From Promethearchaeota archaeon (GTDB lineage Archaea > Asgardarchaeota > Lokiarchaeia > Sigyniarchaeales > SOKP01), in NCBI GenBank assembly GCA_048937405.1, contig JBHLNF010000005.1:1-64000 (forward strand): a stretch of DNA of 64,000 nucleotides, in the 5' to 3' direction. Below, one piece after another: positions 60,013 through 64,000 of this stretch (position 1 is its first letter; each line of letters starts with the position of its first letter). Made by a program: the position numbers and the translations under genes. The notes below the pieces were generated by a model that saw nothing but the letters and a program-made list of their open reading frames with translations, was not told where the DNA came from and searched no databases.

Positions 60013-60822
60013 TTAATTCTTCTTAAATTCATTTAAAAGATCCCAAACTCCATCTAAAATGAAATCTGGTTTATCTTCACTATTCTTTATCATTTCCATT
60101 GTTGTTTCTCCTGATAATACACAACATGTTGTTATTCCTGCTTTCTTTCCCATTTTAATATCTGTATAAAGACGGTCTCCGAACATTACAGCATTTTCAG
60201 GTGAGATATTTAATTGATTTAACTTAAAAAGTAACATTTCTTTGTTTGGTTTCCCTAAGACTTTTGGCATTTTTTCTGCAGCTTTATATAAGAGGGCTGC
60301 AATTCCTCCCGCATCTGGAATATAACCATTTTCGGTAGGACATCTATTATCGAGATGTGTAGCAATATAAGGAAACCCATCTTTTTGAAGAAAATAAGCA
60401 GCTTTTGCTAAACGATTATAGGTAAATTCTTGATCAAAAGCTAAGACTAAAATCTCAGGATTATCTTCAGTTAATATAAAACCCTCATTTATGAATTCAG
60501 TTTTAAGAGATTGAGTTCCTAATAAAAAAATATTTTTAAATTCGTTTTTTTTCAGATAATCTATCGTAGGATGTTGAGATAAAATAATATTATTTAATGT
60601 AATGTTTAAGTTTAATCTGTTCAATTTCTTTAAATAGTCTTCAGTGGATTTACTTGAATTATTTGAAAGAAAGAAAAAATGTTTGTTAGACTTCTTTAAT
60701 ATTTCAATTAATTCTGGAACACCATCAAAAAGTTTATTTCCTAAATAGATAGTTCCATCTAAATCAAAAAAAAAAACCATTTTTTCCTTTAACCATTTTA
60801 AATTGCTTTTATTATTAGCCAT
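60013..60822 (-). CDS. HAD-IIA (NagD-like) phosphatase
   Basis: DLDGTIY, LSNNS, GKP, GDRLYTDI, SGET. Confidence 0.9.
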   Translation of the reverse strand: MANNKSNLKWLKEKMVFFFDLDGTIYLGNKLFDGVPELIEILKKSNKHFFFLSNNSSKSTEDYLKKLNRLNLNITLNNIILSQHPTIDYLKKNEFKNIFLLGTQSLKTEFINEGFILTEDNPEILVLAFDQEFTYNRLAKAAYFLQKDGFPYIATHLDNRCPTENGYIPDAGGIAALLYKAAEKMPKVLGKPNKEMLLFKLNQLNISPENAVMFGDRLYTDIKMGKKAGITTCCVLSGETTMEMIKNSEDKPDFILDGVWDLLNEFKKN

Positions 60823-60897
60823 GCTTTGATTGAAATATTGTAAGATATTAGAAATAAAGTAGCAATAAATAAAAAGTATTTAAAATAATGATATAAA

Positions 60898-62748
60898 TTA
60901 AATAGAAATCGTATCTAATCCCAAATATTTAAGTTTTTCTTGACTTGGGTATCCACTATTAAAATCAAAGGTTCTGTATTTGTAATAACCACTTTTGATA
61001 GTCTGGAAGTTTGGAGTTTTTCCAGCTGAATCTCCCTTATCTTTAGGTATTAGTAAAATCTGTGGAATTCTGTCATCAGTTGGTCTAATACCCATTTTAA
61101 GGTTAAATAATCGTTTTATCATATAGATTCTTTCTCCAAGTAGTTTTAAAGTTTCAATATTACAATTAATTCCTATAGCTGCATTAATAATTTTTGCCAA
61201 TTTGCTGGGTTCTGGATTAGCAAAAACACATATTATTAGGGAATTTGAGAGTGCTCTATAGTTCTGACCTATTGCTCCCATTTTTCCCATCTCTTCAGAA
61301 TCTGTATATCTATCAAGCATTTTCATACCTAAATCCTGAATTGGGATACCCAGTAGAATATTGAACATATCACTTGAATTGTGACAAGGACCTCTTGGAC
61401 TCCCAAGTGCGTAGGTAACTACCATACCAAAACAATTACGTAAATCATGATAAGGAACTTCCATCCCATAAACTGTTGCAATCTCATCTTGAGAAATACC
61501 AAATTTTCTCCCAACTGCATCTGAACCTTCTGCTAATAAATCTCCAATACCTTCTCTTCTTGATATTTTTTTAATCATTTCAATCATTGGTTCTGGATTT
61601 CCCCATTTAGGTACAATTCCATCAATATCTTTTGATTGGATTTTGCCTTTGTTAAAAAGATAATAGACAAAAGCAATTGTACTACTACTACTTATAGTAT
61701 CTATTCCTAAATCATTACAAAGTAGATTCGCATGAACAATAGATTCTAAATTTGAATTTAGTATCATTGAACCAAAACCTGCTGCAGTTTCATATTCTGG
61801 AGCTTCTATTTCTCCATCAGTTTTATATTCTCCCTCTTTCACTTCAGCCTTCTTAGCACAACCGATTGGACATGCAAAGCAAGGGTAGCTTCTGGTAAAA
61901 ATTTTCTCGGAAGCTGTAGCCCCAGAGATATTATAAGAATCATCCCATTGTGCTTGAGTCCAGTATTTAATAGGCAATTCTCCTTGTACATTATACATAT
62001 CTAATCCTCCACCTGTACCCAGATGTGATAACATTGTAGTGAGAAATGAATTTTTAACAAATTCTATAACTTTTTGCGAAATTTTTTTAAATTCATCAGG
62101 TTTAGCCGCTTCATAACTTCTTTTTGTTCCTTTAACGGCAATAGCTTTAAGTTTCTTAGATCCCATTACCGCACCCATTCCTGTTCTACCTGCTGTTTTG
62201 TCTTCTGAAGCAATTGTTGCATATTTTACTAAATTTTCACCAGCAGGTCCAATACATGCGATTCTAGTGAGTTTTCCTAGTCTTTCCTTTAATATTTCAG
62301 AAACTTTGAGAGTGCCTTTACCCCAAATGTCCAATGCATCTTTTATTATGATTCTATTTTCAATAATTTCTAAAAAAACTGGAGTATCTGAAGCTCCAGA
62401 AATCACAATACCATCATACCCTGCTTTTTTTAACTCTGGACCAAAGAATCCACCACAATTTGATTCACCCCATAAGCCAGTATAAGGAGATTTAGCACAT
62501 ACAGTAAATCTTCCGCTTGTAGGTATTGTTGAACCACAAAGTGGTCCAGTCATAAACATTAAGATATTTTCTGATGATAAGGGATCCGTGTCTTTGGTAA
62601 TTTTGTCATATAGATATCGACAGCTATAACCCGCAGCTCCAAGAAAATCTTTTGCGATAGTTTCATCTAAAATTTCATCTGATATTTCACTAGTACTAAG
62701 ATTAACTTTTAACAATTTTCCTACAAATCCTTTCATTAAATTTTTCAC
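60898..62748 (-). CDS. Tungsten-dependent aldehyde ferredoxin oxidoreductase family protein
   Basis: KSPYTG, GPAGENLV, GRTGMGAVMGSKKLKAI, CFACPIGC, EYET, GPCH. Confidence 0.93.
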   Translation of the reverse strand: MKNLMKGFVGKLLKVNLSTSEISDEILDETIAKDFLGAAGYSCRYLYDKITKDTDPLSSENILMFMTGPLCGSTIPTSGRFTVCAKSPYTGLWGESNCGGFFGPELKKAGYDGIVISGASDTPVFLEIIENRIIIKDALDIWGKGTLKVSEILKERLGKLTRIACIGPAGENLVKYATIASEDKTAGRTGMGAVMGSKKLKAIAVKGTKRSYEAAKPDEFKKISQKVIEFVKNSFLTTMLSHLGTGGGLDMYNVQGELPIKYWTQAQWDDSYNISGATASEKIFTRSYPCFACPIGCAKKAEVKEGEYKTDGEIEAPEYETAAGFGSMILNSNLESIVHANLLCNDLGIDTISSSSTIAFVYYLFNKGKIQSKDIDGIVPKWGNPEPMIEMIKKISRREGIGDLLAEGSDAVGRKFGISQDEIATVYGMEVPYHDLRNCFGMVVTYALGSPRGPCHNSSDMFNILLGIPIQDLGMKMLDRYTDSEEMGKMGAIGQNYRALSNSLIICVFANPEPSKLAKIINAAIGINCNIETLKLLGERIYMIKRLFNLKMGIRPTDDRIPQILLIPKDKGDSAGKTPNFQTIKSGYYKYRTFDFNSGYPSQEKLKYLGLDTISI

Positions 62749-62776
62749 CTTTGTTTTGTATTAATTAAAAAAGAAA

Positions 62777-63976
62777 TTAGAAATCTATATTTTTACCTTC
62801 ATATGCATATAGATAAAGATTCCTGAATTCCTCACCATTCGCAGATCTAGGTCCTAGTACACTAGTAGAATCTTCAAAACACATATTTACTAACTCATCT
62901 ATGTATTTATCAACTTCTTCTTTTGGAGTTCCGATTTCTTTTAGAGAAAGAGGAAATCCTATTTCTTTTTGTAAATTTTTAATTTTTTCAATTACTCTAT
63001 TTGCTGCTTTTTTATTATCTTGATCCCAATTTATCCAACCTAATTGTTTCGCAACTTTAGCAAGAATTTCTTCAGTTTTATTGTTTTGGTCTGAATCATT
63101 TAAGCAATACTGTAGAACATAAGGTAATGCAACACCAACAGCTCTACCATGAGGTACGTGAAATACAGATCCCCATGAATGTCCTATTGTATGAGCTAAT
63201 TGCGCTTGAGAATTTCCAAATGCTAAGCCTGCCATAGTTGCTGCTTGATGCATTAAGTCCCTAGCTTCCATATTGTTTCCATCATTGAGTACCAATGGAA
63301 GGAATTTAAAGATTAGCTCTATTGCCTTTAAAGCCATAGCTTTAGTGAATTCATTTTTCCATTGGGATGTTATTCCTTCTAAGGAATGGGCTATTGCATC
63401 AAAAGCAGTATCCATCGTTAAGTTTGCTGGCATTCCTTTAGGAAAAATTGGATCAACTATAGCAAATGTTGGCATCATTGATTTATGTAAAAAGAAGTGC
63501 TTTTTCCAGATATTATTAATTAATCTCGAAACAACACTTACATTTGTAGTTTCTGCTCCAGTTCCAGATGTGGTAGGAATAGCAACCAATTTTGCTTTTT
63601 TACCCATTTTATATAATTCTGGATTGAAAGGATAAAGATCATCTGCATTCATATCTGGAAATTCATATAAAGTCCAAACTAATTTTGCTGTGTCCATAAC
63701 TGAACCTCCACCTAGTGCAATGATTAAATCTGGTCCATAATTTATACAATCTTGTCTTGCAACTAATGCATCAGGTTCATGAGGATCTGGTTTAGTATCT
63801 GTATTCACTGTATATTCCTTATCAAATTCGTTAAGTTTATCGGTCAAAATTTTCAAATACCCGAGATTTTCCAGAATCTTGTCTGTAATGATATAGCATT
63901 TTTTTCCAGGAATATTTTCAATGAAATCTAAAGCATCTTCACCATATATTATATTAGGGGAATAAAAATACCACAT
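62777..63976 (-). CDS. Iron-containing alcohol dehydrogenase
   Basis: GGGSVMD, PTTSGTGAE, DAIAHSLE, AHTIGH, HVPHG. Confidence 0.93.
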   Translation of the reverse strand: MWYFYSPNIIYGEDALDFIENIPGKKCYIITDKILENLGYLKILTDKLNEFDKEYTVNTDTKPDPHEPDALVARQDCINYGPDLIIALGGGSVMDTAKLVWTLYEFPDMNADDLYPFNPELYKMGKKAKLVAIPTTSGTGAETTNVSVVSRLINNIWKKHFFLHKSMMPTFAIVDPIFPKGMPANLTMDTAFDAIAHSLEGITSQWKNEFTKAMALKAIELIFKFLPLVLNDGNNMEARDLMHQAATMAGLAFGNSQAQLAHTIGHSWGSVFHVPHGRAVGVALPYVLQYCLNDSDQNNKTEEILAKVAKQLGWINWDQDNKKAANRVIEKIKNLQKEIGFPLSLKEIGTPKEEVDKYIDELVNMCFEDSTSVLGPRSANGEEFRNLYLYAYEGKNIDF

Positions 63977-64000
63977 TTGTTTCCACCATTTCTTTTTATA

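Noticed and set aside
2807-63635. Many short ORFs (60-120 aa) antisense or out of frame within long genes, e.g. 4571..4753, 20610..20879, 37876..38094, 58198..58497
   Set aside because: They are shadows of well-supported genes and have no motifs of their own.
1-64000. tRNA, rRNA or SECIS elements
   Set aside because: No GC-rich structured islands, cloverleaf motifs or in-frame TGA selenoprotein candidates were seen by eye; tRNAscan-SE or Infernal would be needed to exclude them fully.

Overview
Very AT-rich, gene-dense archaeal chromosome segment, most likely Asgard/Lokiarchaeia. The evidence is RadA rather than RecA, archaeal-type TyrRS, AOR, ADP-forming acyl-CoA synthetase subunits, GGAGGTGA-type RBSs, and several eukaryotic-signature-like proteins. 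Housekeeping and metabolic genes include purH, guaB, comDE, hutU-hutH-hutI plus ftcD, ppdK, tyrS, aspartate kinase, a PGI-like protein, a LarA-family protein, a U32 protein, a P-type IIA ATPase, an ABC exporter, AOR and an Fe-ADH. Eukaryotic-signature-like genes include a Rab-like small GTPase ending in a CaaX-like CVVV, convergent with a polyprenyl synthase. Others are a JAMM-motif MPN protein followed by a tandem C2HC zinc-finger protein and a nearby PCI-like protein, a HEAT plus winged-helix protein, a 1563-aa single-pass receptor-like protein with a cytoplasmic longin-like domain, a Vps29-like protein and a ~23-repeat LRR protein. There are two solo TnpB (IS200/IS605, IS1341-like) elements, about 89% identical in protein by my manual count. 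They have a rearranged RuvC site, and comparing the copies reveals element ends and a compensatory base-pair change in a putative omegaRNA. Two genes are disrupted: a frameshifted SRPBCC gene and a C45/Ntn hydrolase with an in-frame TAA. I found no rRNA, tRNA or CRISPR array. All family calls come from motif recognition by eye; no database searches were run.
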